IMG/VR virus record: IMGVR_UViG_3300036398_001095
Location: 1-63,090 of that record
Origin: a virus
Taxonomy: Duplodnaviria > Caudoviricetes
DNA length: 63,090 nt
Direction: 5' to 3' (one strand)
The notes beneath the pieces were generated by a model that saw only the letters and a list, made by a program, of their open reading frames with translations, searched no databases and was not told the DNA's origin. This document shows, in pieces, positions 1 through 10,447 of the stretch. The position numbers and the translations under genes were made by a program. Numbering within the stretch: the stretch's first letter is position 1; each line of letters opens with the position of its first letter.

Positions 1-166
1 CGCCACAAATTGCTCGAAATATTTCTGATCAACAGGCGTTTCTGTGAAGATTTCTGGCGGTACTTGATAGCCAACACTTGAAGGTTGTGGCGTAAGTGCT
101 TGATCTGTAACAATGTCAGGGGTAATTCCGCCAGCTGGCGGGATTTGATACTTTAGTAGGGTGTCG
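1..166. repeat. Terminal direct repeat / circular overlap, copy 1
   Basis: 1-166 matches 62925-63090 except T127 vs C63051; a reading frame runs through the junction in phase. Confidence 0.95.
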
Positions 167-1227
167 TCAACAGCAGGCTGTGTAACTTGTGGCTCGGCAA
201 CAGCGGCTTGCTGAGCAGGTGCTGGTTGCTCAACAGGCATACCAATACGCTGAATACCACGGCTAGCAGCACCAAGCGCACCACCACCAACAGCACCGGA
301 TAGACCTGCTTCGATATACTGTTTAATACGCTCTGGCGAGAATAGATCGCCACTGCCACGCACAAAGTCTACGGCTGCATTGCCGATGACCTCTTGGGCA
401 GCTTCAGTAAGACCTTCTTTAGGTGCAGTCTTAGCAGCCGCAATCGCAAGATCCTTGGCGGCCTCGGTAAAGCCAGCACGCTTGGCAACTTCTTCGCCAG
501 CCTTAAGCTTGCCAAACATACCAAGCTTACTTAGGAAGGCTGATGGCGCTACTAGGTCTAAGAGCGTCTGCCCAATTGCGGCAGTGGCAGCAACACCAGG
601 GCGCAGTTCACCAGTTTCTTCTGCAATCTTGGCAAAGGTTTCGGGAGCGTTTAGCGCATAGCCTCCAACACCAGCACCTCCCAATCCTGCGCGTTGCATA
701 ACTTGTGTTGCACGAGCTGCGCCAAGAGATTCAGCAGCCGCAGCAGGCAAACCTCTGGCAAGGGCAGCTTCTGTAGCAGCGGTTCCAGCCCTTGCTGCAA
801 TACCTCTAGCACCAGCAGCAGCGGCGCCCCCAGGTAACAACATAGCAAGTCCATAAGGTAAGGCCTCCCCAGCACGCTCATAGGCAAAACCCAGAGCAGA
901 TAGCGGACCTGTCACATCCTCATAAGACTGGTACATCCTTGGAAGACGCTCTGCACGTTCAGCGTATTCCTGCTTTGCTTCTTGTAAAAACTCTTTGGCT
1001 TTGTCATCAAAGCCTAAAAACGCAAGCCCCATGGCTGGGAGCTCTTTGGTAACCGATGTTCCAATGTTCCCAAGGGTACGCGCAATAGGCATACCCGCAC
1101 GTTGAGCGACTGAGAATTCAGGTTTGAACTCTGACTGCAAGCTTTGCAACACCCTTTGATATTGCTCTTGCGTATACCCTTCAGGAAGCTGAACAGGGCC
1201 GCGCCCCGGAACATTGAAGATTGGCAT
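1..1227 (-). CDS. N-terminal 409 codons of a 2074-aa large polyvalent / internal virion protein, continuing at 62924-57927
   Basis: ATG at 1227 abuts the TAA of the upstream gene (MPIFNVPGRGPVQLPEGY...); open to base 1 and in phase with ORF 57927-62930 through the overlap; absent from the ORF track because no stop occurs before base 1. Confidence 0.85.
   Translation of the reverse strand, partial: MPIFNVPGRGPVQLPEGYTQEQYQRVLQSLQSEFKPEFSVAQRAGMPIARTLGNIGTSVTKELPAMGLAFLGFDDKAKEFLQEAKQEYAERAERLPRMYQSYEDVTGPLSALGFAYERAGEALPYGLAMLLPGGAAAAGARGIAARAGTAATEAALARGLPAAAAESLGAARATQVMQRAGLGGAGVGGYALNAPETFAKIAEETGELRPGVAATAAIGQTLLDLVAPSAFLSKLGMFGKLKAGEEVAKRAGFTEAAKDLAIAAAKTAPKEGLTEAAQEVIGNAAVDFVRGSGDLFSPERIKQYIEAGLSGAVGGGALGAASRGIQRIGMPVEQPAPAQQAAVAEPQVTQPAVDDTLLKYQIPPAGGITPDIVTDQALTPQPSSVGYQVPPEIFTETPVDQKYFEQFVA
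122..161. repeat. 40-bp dispersed palindromic element, copy 1 (also at 63046-63085)
   Basis: GTAATTCCGCCAGCTGGCGGGATTTGATACTTTAGTAGGG; encodes LLKYQIPPAGGIT in the giant protein. Confidence 0.9.
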
Positions 1228-2682
1228 TTAGGCCCCGCGTTTTTTCATTTCTTCATCTGAAATAATTTCTGGGCTTAGCAATTGCGGCGCATTCTGCATG
1301 TACACTTCCCTAATAATAGCCTTTTGTTGGTCTTTATACTCAGGGCTTTGCTCCCAGTTAGCTGGCTTAAACCACTTCTTTCCCCACTCCGCCTTAAGTT
1401 GAGCCAATTTTGGCGCTGCAAGCGCCTGTAACTCCATCTGCAACTTGATGCGGTCTTTCAAGGGTAATGGTTTTTCACCGGCAGCACCTGCCTGTTTTGC
1501 CATCGCACCAGCCAAACCTAAGCCGACCTGTAATGGCATCATTGCTTGCTCTTGCGCTAGCTTCTGCGTTTGCAGTCTATATGTACGCTCTTCTCTTGCC
1601 GCCCTGTCAGCCGCATCGTAATCCCCACGACGCACAGCATCTTGGTACTTGGCATGAGCCAACTGCGCCTGCAATGAAGCTTGTTGCATCGCACGATTCT
1701 CGGCACCCATGGACTTCTTAACATCCTCACCGGCCTGCAACCCGCCAGCCAAACCAGCAAGGAAGTTACGATCTTTACTACCCAACATGGATAGAGCGAT
1801 CTGGCGATTAGCAGCTTTCTGGATGTCTTCCTGACTGGGTTGCTGACCATAGAACTTCTTTAGCTGCTCCATGATTGGAGACATCTGGTCTGGAAATGCC
1901 GCCTGCCTTTCTTTCAAAATTTGTTGCGACCGACCGGCGGTTTCGTAAGGCTCTTCGGTTTGAATCTGTGGAACCCCTGCCATGGCTTTCTTGCCCATAG
2001 CAATGATCTGCTCAATACCCATGGGAGCCTGAGCGGCAGGGGCTTGCTGCGGTGCAATAACTTGCGGTCTTTGTTGCGGTTGTGCAGGCTTAGCTGGCGG
2101 TTGAGCGGCTGGTTGGGCAGGCTTGGGCGCAGCTTCTTTCACGCGTTGCTGAATCGTAGACTCAGGATAGCCCGCCGCACGTAATTCCGCTGGTGTAGCC
2201 ATAACACGCTGGCCATTGATGATGGCAGGGACGCGGACCTCTTTCTCTTCCTCGACAACAGCTTCACCGCCAAACTCTGCGCCAACACCACCACCAAACT
2301 GAAATGCAACAGGACCACCACCGGCCATGCGCTGCTCAGGCATTAGCCCAGCAAGACCGGCTTGTGGCATTTCTTGTTGCGACGGAGCCATTTGCATAGG
2401 CTGCTGCTCTTGCGGAGCATTCATACCAGGTGGCACCATGGGCATACTTGGCGCCATGGACTCAGCCAACTGAGCAATAACAGGCTTGTTAGGCTTCTGC
2501 GCTCTCTGGCTGTAACGCTTACGCATATCCTCCCGGCGAGCCATTTCCGCCGCGGCAAAGATCGCTAGCTTAGGATCTTGTGCGTACTTAGGCAGCACCT
2601 GATCAGGCACTGCCTTGAACATCTCCATGGCCTCAAGGATATTGACATCCCCGCCAAGGCCGGTATTTGCTTGTGCTTGCAT
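1228..2682 (-). CDS. Putative internal virion / DNA ejection protein
   Basis: 484 aa, A/Q-rich and helical, MAGGGPVAFQFGG motif, position before the giant protein. Confidence 0.55.
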   Translation of the reverse strand: MQAQANTGLGGDVNILEAMEMFKAVPDQVLPKYAQDPKLAIFAAAEMARREDMRKRYSQRAQKPNKPVIAQLAESMAPSMPMVPPGMNAPQEQQPMQMAPSQQEMPQAGLAGLMPEQRMAGGGPVAFQFGGGVGAEFGGEAVVEEEKEVRVPAIINGQRVMATPAELRAAGYPESTIQQRVKEAAPKPAQPAAQPPAKPAQPQQRPQVIAPQQAPAAQAPMGIEQIIAMGKKAMAGVPQIQTEEPYETAGRSQQILKERQAAFPDQMSPIMEQLKKFYGQQPSQEDIQKAANRQIALSMLGSKDRNFLAGLAGGLQAGEDVKKSMGAENRAMQQASLQAQLAHAKYQDAVRRGDYDAADRAAREERTYRLQTQKLAQEQAMMPLQVGLGLAGAMAKQAGAAGEKPLPLKDRIKLQMELQALAAPKLAQLKAEWGKKWFKPANWEQSPEYKDQQKAIIREVYMQNAPQLLSPEIISDEEMKKRGA

Positions 2683-2685
2683 TGC

Positions 2686-3429
2686 TTAGCCCCCGTACAA
2701 GAGACGTGCTAATCCTAACCCTTGGGTTAGTGGATTACCAGAAGACTGATAAGCAGACTGTGTGGCATAACCTGGTAAGCCAAAGATGATGTTCCTGTAA
2801 CGCTCTGCCTGCTGCGCCGGATAATCCCGCTGCTGCTGGAACTCTTGATACATAGCATCCAAATCGCGCTGACGGCGTGCTTCATCCGTAAGCCCAAGCT
2901 GCTGCAAGGTCTGAGCCTTCTGCATCTGGTTCTGCAAGTCTTGCTGATACAACTGGCCAGCCTTGTCATAGGCCGCAGCCGACCCCTGCATCTGAATATT
3001 AGATAGCTGAGATCCAAGATTACGCATGAGATCTGATTCAACAATCGCCTGACGCGAGCCACCAAATGCACCGCGCTGGCCGGCTTGTGCTTTCAGGTTT
3101 TGTAATCCCTGTGTGTAATCACGCACCGCGGCAGCCTTGGCCACATCCGTAACACCTTGCTGGTACGGATTCATGTAAGCCTGCATGACGCCCATCTTCT
3201 GGCCGCCCACGTCAATCTGACCAAGCAGACCCGGCGAAGAGGCAGCTTGCTGAGCAGCTTCAACACCTTGCTGGTACAAAGGCGCCGTCTCAGCATATCG
3301 CTGCTGAGAATAAGGCGTATAGGGGGTATACGCAATCTGCTGCCCCATGCGGAACACATCAGATATGTAAGGGAGTTGGAACTCCGGGGGCATTTGCGTG
3401 ATTGTTTGCGACGGGCCGCCCATACTCAT
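2686..3429 (-). CDS. Putative DNA transfer (pilot) protein
   Basis: YMNPYQQGV and GAFGGSRQAIVE motifs typical of podovirus ejection proteins. Confidence 0.55.
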   Translation of the reverse strand: MSMGGPSQTITQMPPEFQLPYISDVFRMGQQIAYTPYTPYSQQRYAETAPLYQQGVEAAQQAASSPGLLGQIDVGGQKMGVMQAYMNPYQQGVTDVAKAAAVRDYTQGLQNLKAQAGQRGAFGGSRQAIVESDLMRNLGSQLSNIQMQGSAAAYDKAGQLYQQDLQNQMQKAQTLQQLGLTDEARRQRDLDAMYQEFQQQRDYPAQQAERYRNIIFGLPGYATQSAYQSSGNPLTQGLGLARLLYGG

Positions 3430-3779
3430 TTGGACACCTCTTCCATCAAAGTTACTGTTTTCAATCGTTGCGGGTATATCTTCTGCCAGCCAGGACGCCC
3501 TTGCAACATGATGGCATCACAGTCTGCTTGCTTGGCGAACAATCGTATGTACGTCACGATATGCTGAATCTCATCTAAATTGCCCCCTGCAAGCCACACA
3601 TTACAAAGCCTTTTGCGTGGGTACTGCTTAATCTCTGTTACTAGCGCACATTCCTTACCGGGCCAAAACTGCGCCTGCCCTTGCTGTATTGCTTCTAACA
3701 CATCCTCTAGGGAAAACAAATTGCCGGCTTGGTCCAAGGCCGCTTGGATCCATGCACTGCAACGCTCCCATTCATTCAT
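3426..3779 (-). CDS. Virion assembly protein, GNAT-like fold
   Basis: VWLAGGNL...GRPGW motifs; lies between tail and ejection genes. Confidence 0.5.
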   Translation of the reverse strand: MNEWERCSAWIQAALDQAGNLFSLEDVLEAIQQGQAQFWPGKECALVTEIKQYPRKRLCNVWLAGGNLDEIQHIVTYIRLFAKQADCDAIMLQGRPGWQKIYPQRLKTVTLMEEVSK

Positions 3780-4753
3780 GCAGGCATAGCCTTATCTGTC
3801 TTCACTGCCGGAGGCTGCTTGCTTGTTCCATGCCTCGCCTTGCGGATCTTCTTCATCATGTCGTAGAGCTTCTGCGCCCCAGCATTCGATGAGCCATTAC
3901 CAAGATCGGATACCACATCAGCAGGTACAACAAACTCACCACGGGCTAACCTGGCAGGCTGAGTCTTACCACCGCCATGGTCAATCTGTGCTGTGATGCT
4001 ATCTGACATTCCGTCGCCCGGACCTTCTAGGTATCTTCCGGCTGCTGCGTATACATCACCGCCTTCGTTATAACCAACGAAGATGTCATCTACAGAGCCG
4101 CCCGATGCGCCACCTTGAACTGTGTCGCTTCCAGAACTGCCTACTACCGTGCTGTTTCCCGCACCACCCGCTACCGTGTCGTTTCCGGCGCCACCAGTTA
4201 CCGTACTTGCGCCTTGGAAGGTTATGGGTGTAATTGTCATTGGCTTATACAAAGAAGCCAATCCTGCTTCGTATCCTGCCTGTCCCTGAGCAATCTGTTC
4301 TTGCGTAGGGCCATAACGCTTAGCGGCTTCCGTAGGATTGAACTGAAATGGATTCGGGTTGAAGAACAGGGGCATACCCTTCATGGGCGTGTAAATGTTC
4401 TGGCCAGACGCGGACTTTTGTTGCGCTGGCTGAGGAGGGAACATGGGGGCGGTAAGCGCACGGTTATAAACAGGAGCGGCCGCATATACAGGCTGCTTAA
4501 CCGCTGGCGCTTGTTGGCGTGAAAGAGCGGCTGCTAATGCCCCAAGACCCAAGGCAAGCCCTGCTCCAGTCCCACCAGACGCCCCTGCGTTTCCGCCAAG
4601 CAATGCGTTCAGTACATTGTTAAATGTATCCGACCAGCTAGAAGATCCACTAGCTGATGTATTACCTGTAGATGTATCTACAGTTAGACCGGTTATTGGG
4701 TCAAATACATTCCCAGAAACATAATCAATCTCTGTATTGCTTGATGTCGACAT
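3776..4753 (-). CDS. Virion-associated protein
   Basis: C-terminal GPGDGMSDSI...ARLARGEFVVPADVVSDLGNG motif common in this phage type. Confidence 0.55.
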   Translation of the reverse strand: MSTSSNTEIDYVSGNVFDPITGLTVDTSTGNTSASGSSSWSDTFNNVLNALLGGNAGASGGTGAGLALGLGALAAALSRQQAPAVKQPVYAAAPVYNRALTAPMFPPQPAQQKSASGQNIYTPMKGMPLFFNPNPFQFNPTEAAKRYGPTQEQIAQGQAGYEAGLASLYKPMTITPITFQGASTVTGGAGNDTVAGGAGNSTVVGSSGSDTVQGGASGGSVDDIFVGYNEGGDVYAAAGRYLEGPGDGMSDSITAQIDHGGGKTQPARLARGEFVVPADVVSDLGNGSSNAGAQKLYDMMKKIRKARHGTSKQPPAVKTDKAMPA

Positions 4754-4778
4754 GGCTTACTCCGCTAAGTAGCCCATT

Positions 4779-6161
4779 TTATTGGGTTAAGTCATAGAAG
4801 GAAATGGACCCGACGCCATCTCCTTTAGTTGCACCAGATACAGTCCTTACACCTAGCGTATAAGTATCACTTGTGCCTGAGATGGTTGCACCAAGTTGTA
4901 AGTCCCAGTTATAGCCCGTGGCCGTGGAGGTATTAACCGTACCGCCACTGCCTGTTGATGTGACGTAATCTGTTTGAACAATTGTTCCACCGCTCATCGC
5001 TGTAGCGTCAACATCATAATCAACGTTGGAATCAGACGGCACAGTTGCCGCCCAAGTTGCTCCAGTAAGCGTGGTGTTTTTTATTAACGCCACTTCATAG
5101 TTCTGGCTGGTTAGTGGCAGAAACTGTGTACGGTTGGGTAGCACCACCGCCCCAGTGCGTCCTGAAGCAAGCCGGATGGACACGATAGGATAAAACGCTG
5201 CCGTATCAATATTAGTAAACGATGTGGTGCGCCTTGCTACATGGTCAATAGAGGTCTGTTCAAACCCACCCTCGGAAACAACCGAGCAGCAAATAGACTT
5301 CATGCTGGCAGCAACGGCTGATGTAACCGTGCTGATCTCATATCTAACCGGCAAAATGGCCGTGGTCATATAAACATTGGAGATGTCGTTTGCATTGTTA
5401 AACGTATGACAAACGATGTACTGGCCATTAATAATGAACCCACACCGAATTGACCCAACGCCGAGCCACTCAAAATCCATCCAAAGAATCTGCGCCTTGC
5501 TTGGATCAAGCGTCAAACCTGAAGGCCCAGAACCGTCTAACTTGTCGCCGTTCCAATTAGCTTGGGTTACCGTTCTTGCATCAGATGCCGTGCCTGTAAC
5601 GTAAGACCGTAAAACAAATGAATAGGTTCCATCTACTCGTTGGAAGAACACACCGTTTTGATCGTTGTAGTAACCAACCCGCTGCGTTAGATTTAAGCTT
5701 TGGCTGCTATCCATCACAAAGGTTGCAAGCACCAGCAAGCCTTTTCCTGGCTGGTACGGGAAGGACCGATAAGACTGACGGATGACTGAGCCGACACCCG
5801 CACCTGTAACTTCCATCTTGACGGCTGCTTCGTTGGGCAGGAAAGAAGTTGTACCTGTACCCGTGGTTGAAACATCAAACTGGTTGTCAGCAGCGTATCT
5901 ATTCTGGCTATCAAAAAGGGTATAAGGCTCACTAACCCGTTGACGGCCAAACGCATCAAAGTACGTCCCGGGAAGTGTTACTGGGATCGTTGAAGTGGTA
6001 GCCATAAGATTCGCCAGAAAATTATCAAGACGGTTGAAATACAGACGCAAGACATTGCTGTACTGGTCTTGGTAAAACGCAGAATATTCCTGCGGCGCCA
6101 TAGGGAGGCTAGGCGCAACAACCCTTGTAAACTCATAATCTGTTGTAACAATTAAGCTCAT
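4779..6161 (-). CDS. Virion protein with a beta-rich C-terminal domain
   Basis: Short N-terminal segment (PSLPMAPQEYS...LRLYFNRLD) joined to a DAFGRQRVSEPYTLFDS domain. Confidence 0.5.
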   Translation of the reverse strand: MSLIVTTDYEFTRVVAPSLPMAPQEYSAFYQDQYSNVLRLYFNRLDNFLANLMATTSTIPVTLPGTYFDAFGRQRVSEPYTLFDSQNRYAADNQFDVSTTGTGTTSFLPNEAAVKMEVTGAGVGSVIRQSYRSFPYQPGKGLLVLATFVMDSSQSLNLTQRVGYYNDQNGVFFQRVDGTYSFVLRSYVTGTASDARTVTQANWNGDKLDGSGPSGLTLDPSKAQILWMDFEWLGVGSIRCGFIINGQYIVCHTFNNANDISNVYMTTAILPVRYEISTVTSAVAASMKSICCSVVSEGGFEQTSIDHVARRTTSFTNIDTAAFYPIVSIRLASGRTGAVVLPNRTQFLPLTSQNYEVALIKNTTLTGATWAATVPSDSNVDYDVDATAMSGGTIVQTDYVTSTGSGGTVNTSTATGYNWDLQLGATISGTSDTYTLGVRTVSGATKGDGVGSISFYDLTQ

Positions 6162-8293
6162 GCGCCACGTCCAGTTGCCCTGCCATCCGGCCTGATGTCA
6201 ATTCGCGGCGATCCTAGCTGCCATGCACATCCAAGCTGATTAGACTCTACCTTAAAGATCATCTGCCGGCCGCGCACACGGACATAAACCTGGCCCGTAA
6301 ACTGTTCAATCTGCGTGGTTGATGTACGCACCACTGAAGCTGAAGATGAGCCGCTATTAGACTGAGGATTGTTGTAACCAGATCCTGAGTTCATCATGGG
6401 AATCAGCGTCATGGTAACGGCAGGTGAATCAGCAGACGATCCATCAAACGTGATGTCAGGCAATATCCTGTACACATAGCCCAAGCTATGGCCATCCTGA
6501 ATATCAAACTCAGCTGACTCTATGTAAGCATTGATTGGCAGCGCCGTACCAGTCTCATTGTCATCCAGACCGCGCTCATGGTCCACGATATTGTAGTTGT
6601 AAGTCGCAGCCTGTGGGTACTGTCTCAGACCCGAATCACTCCACGCCGTACGTGCCATGGTTCCGTAGTACCAGACATTCTCTGCGTAGTTAAACACCAC
6701 ATACCGATCGATGGTCGTGGAATTAGCCGAGCAATAGAACCACCAAACCTCGTTGAAACCTTCATTGGTTCCAGCAAATACCTGGAAGTTTTGGTAACGA
6801 TTTATATCATTAAAGATATATCTGCGTAGGTCACAGTTAAGCGTCTGTACACGTCCGTTGTACAGATAGAACTTATCCACGCCCATCCAGTAGGTCACAC
6901 CAGAAGCATTAGCCGTGGCGTTAGGGCCAATGATGGACGTGTTATCCGCAAGGATTTGGGAGCCAAAGACCAGTGGCGGCCCAAGATATTGAATGGAAAA
7001 GAGGGCTGAGTCAGTCCACGCAAGGATCTCTTGGCGGGTTTGCTGAACCGTGATGATCTGCGACCCATGGGAAAGCCTGATTGATCCTGCGGTATTGGTC
7101 GATGACGGAAGCCAATCCACCAAGGATTCCTGGTCACACCAGCGAATAAGCATAGGATCAGCCACGGTACTTCCGATGTCATTACATCCAAAGACCATGA
7201 GATACCGTAAGGCATCAGAGATGATTAGTGAGTACTGGTACTTTGGTACATCCTCAAGAACCATAGAATGCGTACCTGACTGAGTACCAGTTGTCGTGAT
7301 CACCGAACCCGTTGGCGTGGAAGAAAGGTTTGCAGACAGCCCAGATACATTACGCAAGTAGTACGTTGTGCCTACAGATAGACCCGTTGGAAGCGCCCCA
7401 GTCGTTGTAAACGATACAGAAGTACCCTCTGCAAGAACCACACCAAACGTGACAACAGCCGGCGATGCGATCGTAATCGTTACCGTGCCGCCAAGGCTAT
7501 TGAGTGCTACGCCACGGGTCGATATACCGTTGGTTGCATCCCAGTAATAAATACCAGCCGCCCTCGGTCCAAATACAAGGTCTTCGCCCCAGTTGCCTGC
7601 GTTCCATATCCTCAGTGGATCTGTAACCTGTGGCGTAACGCCCCATGACCCAGAACCCCAAGCACCTGCGCCCCAACCAATCAGAGGAACCTGAGCAATA
7701 CCAGGCCCAGTATTGACCTGAAAAGCACCAACAGAAGATCCCCCGCCATTACCAACATCCGAGGCATTAGAAGTGACAGGCGCACCCGTGGAAGGATCTT
7801 TAGCCGTAAAGGTAAAAGTATTTTGTGTAGGTACAGAATCTATTTGATACTGTTGATTAAGCACCGCTGCCGTGATGTTTCCACCAAGACCTACCGCCCC
7901 TGAGAAGGTAACAAAATCCCCGGTAATCGCCCCATGGTTTGCCGATGTGACCGTGATGGTCGAAGAGAAGGGGGAAACAGTCACCGCAGCAAAAGTGACG
8001 GACTGTGTTTTCCTGATAGGCGTAATATCTGAGTAAGCACCACCCTGCTCAATGTAATACTTGAGGTTGGTGCCTACGCCAAGCAGGTTAGAATTGGAAA
8101 GCGTTACCCAGTTCCATAAGGATCGGCAGATACCAAGGAACGTAGCTTGTGAGATGCGTAGCCAGCCACCAATCTTTTCTGGTGTACCTTGGCGGAAACG
8201 AACTTTCTCTGAGACATACCATCCCGCTTCGTTGGTGTACCGCGTATTTTCACGATTCGTTCCGGGTCTCGCTATAATTTTTTGCAAGGGCAT
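6158..8293 (-). CDS. Tail nozzle / stabilisation protein
   Basis: 711 aa beta-rich, VRFRQGTPEKIGGW and IRWCDQE motifs, podovirus tail position. Confidence 0.6.
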   Translation of the reverse strand: MPLQKIIARPGTNRENTRYTNEAGWYVSEKVRFRQGTPEKIGGWLRISQATFLGICRSLWNWVTLSNSNLLGVGTNLKYYIEQGGAYSDITPIRKTQSVTFAAVTVSPFSSTITVTSANHGAITGDFVTFSGAVGLGGNITAAVLNQQYQIDSVPTQNTFTFTAKDPSTGAPVTSNASDVGNGGGSSVGAFQVNTGPGIAQVPLIGWGAGAWGSGSWGVTPQVTDPLRIWNAGNWGEDLVFGPRAAGIYYWDATNGISTRGVALNSLGGTVTITIASPAVVTFGVVLAEGTSVSFTTTGALPTGLSVGTTYYLRNVSGLSANLSSTPTGSVITTTGTQSGTHSMVLEDVPKYQYSLIISDALRYLMVFGCNDIGSTVADPMLIRWCDQESLVDWLPSSTNTAGSIRLSHGSQIITVQQTRQEILAWTDSALFSIQYLGPPLVFGSQILADNTSIIGPNATANASGVTYWMGVDKFYLYNGRVQTLNCDLRRYIFNDINRYQNFQVFAGTNEGFNEVWWFYCSANSTTIDRYVVFNYAENVWYYGTMARTAWSDSGLRQYPQAATYNYNIVDHERGLDDNETGTALPINAYIESAEFDIQDGHSLGYVYRILPDITFDGSSADSPAVTMTLIPMMNSGSGYNNPQSNSGSSSASVVRTSTTQIEQFTGQVYVRVRGRQMIFKVESNQLGCAWQLGSPRIDIRPDGRATGRGA

Positions 8294-8301
8294 GCTATAA
8301 T
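8293..8301 (+). promoter_or_regulatory. Extended -10 promoter (TGcTATAAT) for the GIY-YIG gene
   Basis: Perfect extended -10 followed by AAGGAG and GTG at 8328. Confidence 0.5.
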
Positions 8302-8327
8302 TCTCCTACTTTAACAAGGAGAACACC

Positions 8328-9017
8328 GTGTACGTATACATCTGGAAAGACCCAAGCGGCATCCCTTTTTACGTCGGGATGGGCAGCACCCTTGGAAGGA
8401 CAAATCCCAAAGCAAAGTGCCATCGCAATAAAGCTTGCTTGCAGAAACTTGTTGAAATTGGAGCTGATGCTGTAATTGTTGAGATACATAGTGCGGCCAC
8501 CGAAGAAGATGCTAAGTCTATGGAGCAAATGTTCATAGCAAAATTTAAGCGCATCCGTGACGGAGGTACCCTCACTAACATTTCTTCTGGTGGTGAGTTT
8601 CATAGGTCTAGCGAAGAAACCAAACAAAAACTTGTTGAGTTATGGAAGACCGAAGAGTATCGATCATCGACCGTCAATGCTAGGATAGGTAAAAAACGCG
8701 ACCTACCTGAATCCACCAAAAACACTTTGCGAGAAAACTTACTAGCTAACCCTGGGATGAAATCTTGGGCAGAACGCAACGGCAAAGACCCGGAGTTTGA
8801 TGCCAAACGGATTGAAGGCATCCGAGCTGCACAAGGTAAGCGCCGAGAAAAAATGTCCGACCCAGTAGCCCTAGCCCAGCGTAAAGAACGCTTAAGAGCC
8901 ACGATGGCTTCCCCTGAGTATGCTGCTAAACGCGCTGCTTTTGATACGCCTGAATACCGAGCCAAGTTAGCTGCGGCAAAGAAAGCGTATTGGGACAAGC
9001 GCAAAGGACTCATTTAG
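8328..9017 (+). CDS. GIY-YIG-family homing endonuclease, inverted relative to the late operon
   Basis: YVYIW...PFYVGMG...R and E..FI...LTN catalytic pattern; basic helical C-terminal repeats. Confidence 0.7.
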   Translation: MYVYIWKDPSGIPFYVGMGSTLGRTNPKAKCHRNKACLQKLVEIGADAVIVEIHSAATEEDAKSMEQMFIAKFKRIRDGGTLTNISSGGEFHRSSEETKQKLVELWKTEEYRSSTVNARIGKKRDLPESTKNTLRENLLANPGMKSWAERNGKDPEFDAKRIEGIRAAQGKRREKMSDPVALAQRKERLRATMASPEYAAKRAAFDTPEYRAKLAAAKKAYWDKRKGLI

Positions 9018-9019
9018 AT

Positions 9020-9538
9020 TTACCCCGCGAGATACAGAGCTTTTTCAGCTTTGCGGCGGCGCACCAATCCCGGTAACACTTTGCCGCCACCCATAGTCCA
9101 CATCATAAACGCTTCCGCCGCACCTTCATAGTCGCCGCGATTGTTTTTCATCCTTATCGTAGAACTCTGGTACCGCCCAGGTCCAGCGTTGAAAGCAAAA
9201 CTGACCACAGCGTCGAAGCTTGACTGACGGCCAGCAAGATTAGGAGACATTCTAAGTACACTGCGTTCAAAACGGACGAGATCATCCTCAAAAAGGCGAT
9301 CAATCTCCTCCTGCGTCCAAGTACGATTATCTTGGGCTGCGAGCGGGTAGTCCTTGCGAAGGATGCCGGTATAGCCATCTTTCCTCAATACGGGTAACTT
9401 GATCTGATCTTGGTATAGCACATGGCCGTAGCCAATCGTCCAAATATGAGCAGGGCATAAGTAAGGCTTGAGGCTTTTACCCTCAAATCGGTGCATCAAA
9501 TCAATGCCTGCCTGCCCTGTTTTCACTTCTTGTTCCAA
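9020..9538 (-). CDS. Endolysin, GH24 lysozyme
   Basis: FEG...PYLCPAHIWTIGYGH, FDAVVSFAFNAG, GLVRRRKAE. Confidence 0.9.
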   Translation of the reverse strand: MEQEVKTGQAGIDLMHRFEGKSLKPYLCPAHIWTIGYGHVLYQDQIKLPVLRKDGYTGILRKDYPLAAQDNRTWTQEEIDRLFEDDLVRFERSVLRMSPNLAGRQSSFDAVVSFAFNAGPGRYQSSTIRMKNNRGDYEGAAEAFMMWTMGGGKVLPGLVRRRKAEKALYLAG

Positions 9539-10026
9539 CTTCTAGAACCGAACCAAAATCCAATAATGCCGCCAAGCATTGCCATCTCATCGTCCGAGAA
9601 GATAATCTCAGCAACCTTGATAAGGTCGTCCATGGATTGCACAAGATGGGGGTGCTGCCAAACGTAATACGCAAGCACCGCATTAACGGCGATGAGTTCT
9701 AGGATTAGCAAGTAAGTGACATTAGGACGTACCGTGCCAATGTAATTAACCACCCACCTGCTGGACTTCTCAATGATTTGTTTGTCATGATCCAGCGCGG
9801 CCACGGTCATTTGCGCATCAGTCTGCATGGCAATCTGATCGGTGCGTATCTCTTCCACCCGCTGTTGGGCTATATACCCTTCCTTGGCAAGTGCTATCTC
9901 CCTCTCAGACTGCATCCGTGCAAGCTCAAGCTCATGAGCCTGGTCAGCTTTGTTTTGGAAGTAATCAAGCAGCTTGGGTAGGCCGGAGATTAAGAGTCCA
10001 CCCAGCGTAGATAGTAACGAAAGCAT
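9523..10026 (-). CDS. Holin-like membrane protein
   Basis: GTVRP, two C-terminal TM segments, FWFGSR end; overlaps the lysozyme start. Confidence 0.6.
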   Translation of the reverse strand: MLSLLSTLGGLLISGLPKLLDYFQNKADQAHELELARMQSEREIALAKEGYIAQQRVEEIRTDQIAMQTDAQMTVAALDHDKQIIEKSSRWVVNYIGTVRPNVTYLLILELIAVNAVLAYYVWQHPHLVQSMDDLIKVAEIIFSDDEMAMLGGIIGFWFGSRSWNKK

Positions 10027-10028
10027 GA

Positions 10029-10445
10029 CTACCCCTTAGCTGTTACAACGTCTTGGCCTTTCTTAACCGTTACTTTGGAGCCTTCAACGTCAACTTGCAT
10101 AGGCTGCTCGGCTCGGTCCAGCTTATCAAGACGATGGATAAGATCCTTGATAACTTCAAACTCTGGCTTCTCCTGCTTAGGCGCAGTGCCAGCAATACCA
10201 TTTAGCATCTGAATCAGCGCAGTTAGTGATGCGCCAAGAAGACCCATGACGGCAGCAATTTTTTCTCCCTCAAGAAAGAGAGATGCGCCAACACCTACAA
10301 GAACAATTAAGAAGATATAAAGCAGCCCATCTTCGCCAATCGCTTTACCAGCAACTTCCTTGGCAGAATCTTGGGCCTTTAGCTCTTCAAGCCTGATCTT
10401 GGCTTGCGCTTTGAGGACTGCTAGCTCGTGGGTCTTATCATCCAC
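10029..10445 (-). CDS. Two-TM membrane protein in the lysis region
   Basis: Two hydrophobic helices. Confidence 0.5.
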   Translation of the reverse strand: MDDKTHELAVLKAQAKIRLEELKAQDSAKEVAGKAIGEDGLLYIFLIVLVGVGASLFLEGEKIAAVMGLLGASLTALIQMLNGIAGTAPKQEKPEFEVIKDLIHRLDKLDRAEQPMQVDVEGSKVTVKKGQDVVTAKG

Positions 10446-10447
10446 AA

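Noticed and set aside
1-166. Biological terminal repeat of the virion DNA
   Set aside because: Falls in mid-gene and ends at a copy of the dispersed repeat; more likely an assembler overlap, with the T/C mismatch reflecting mixing of repeat copies
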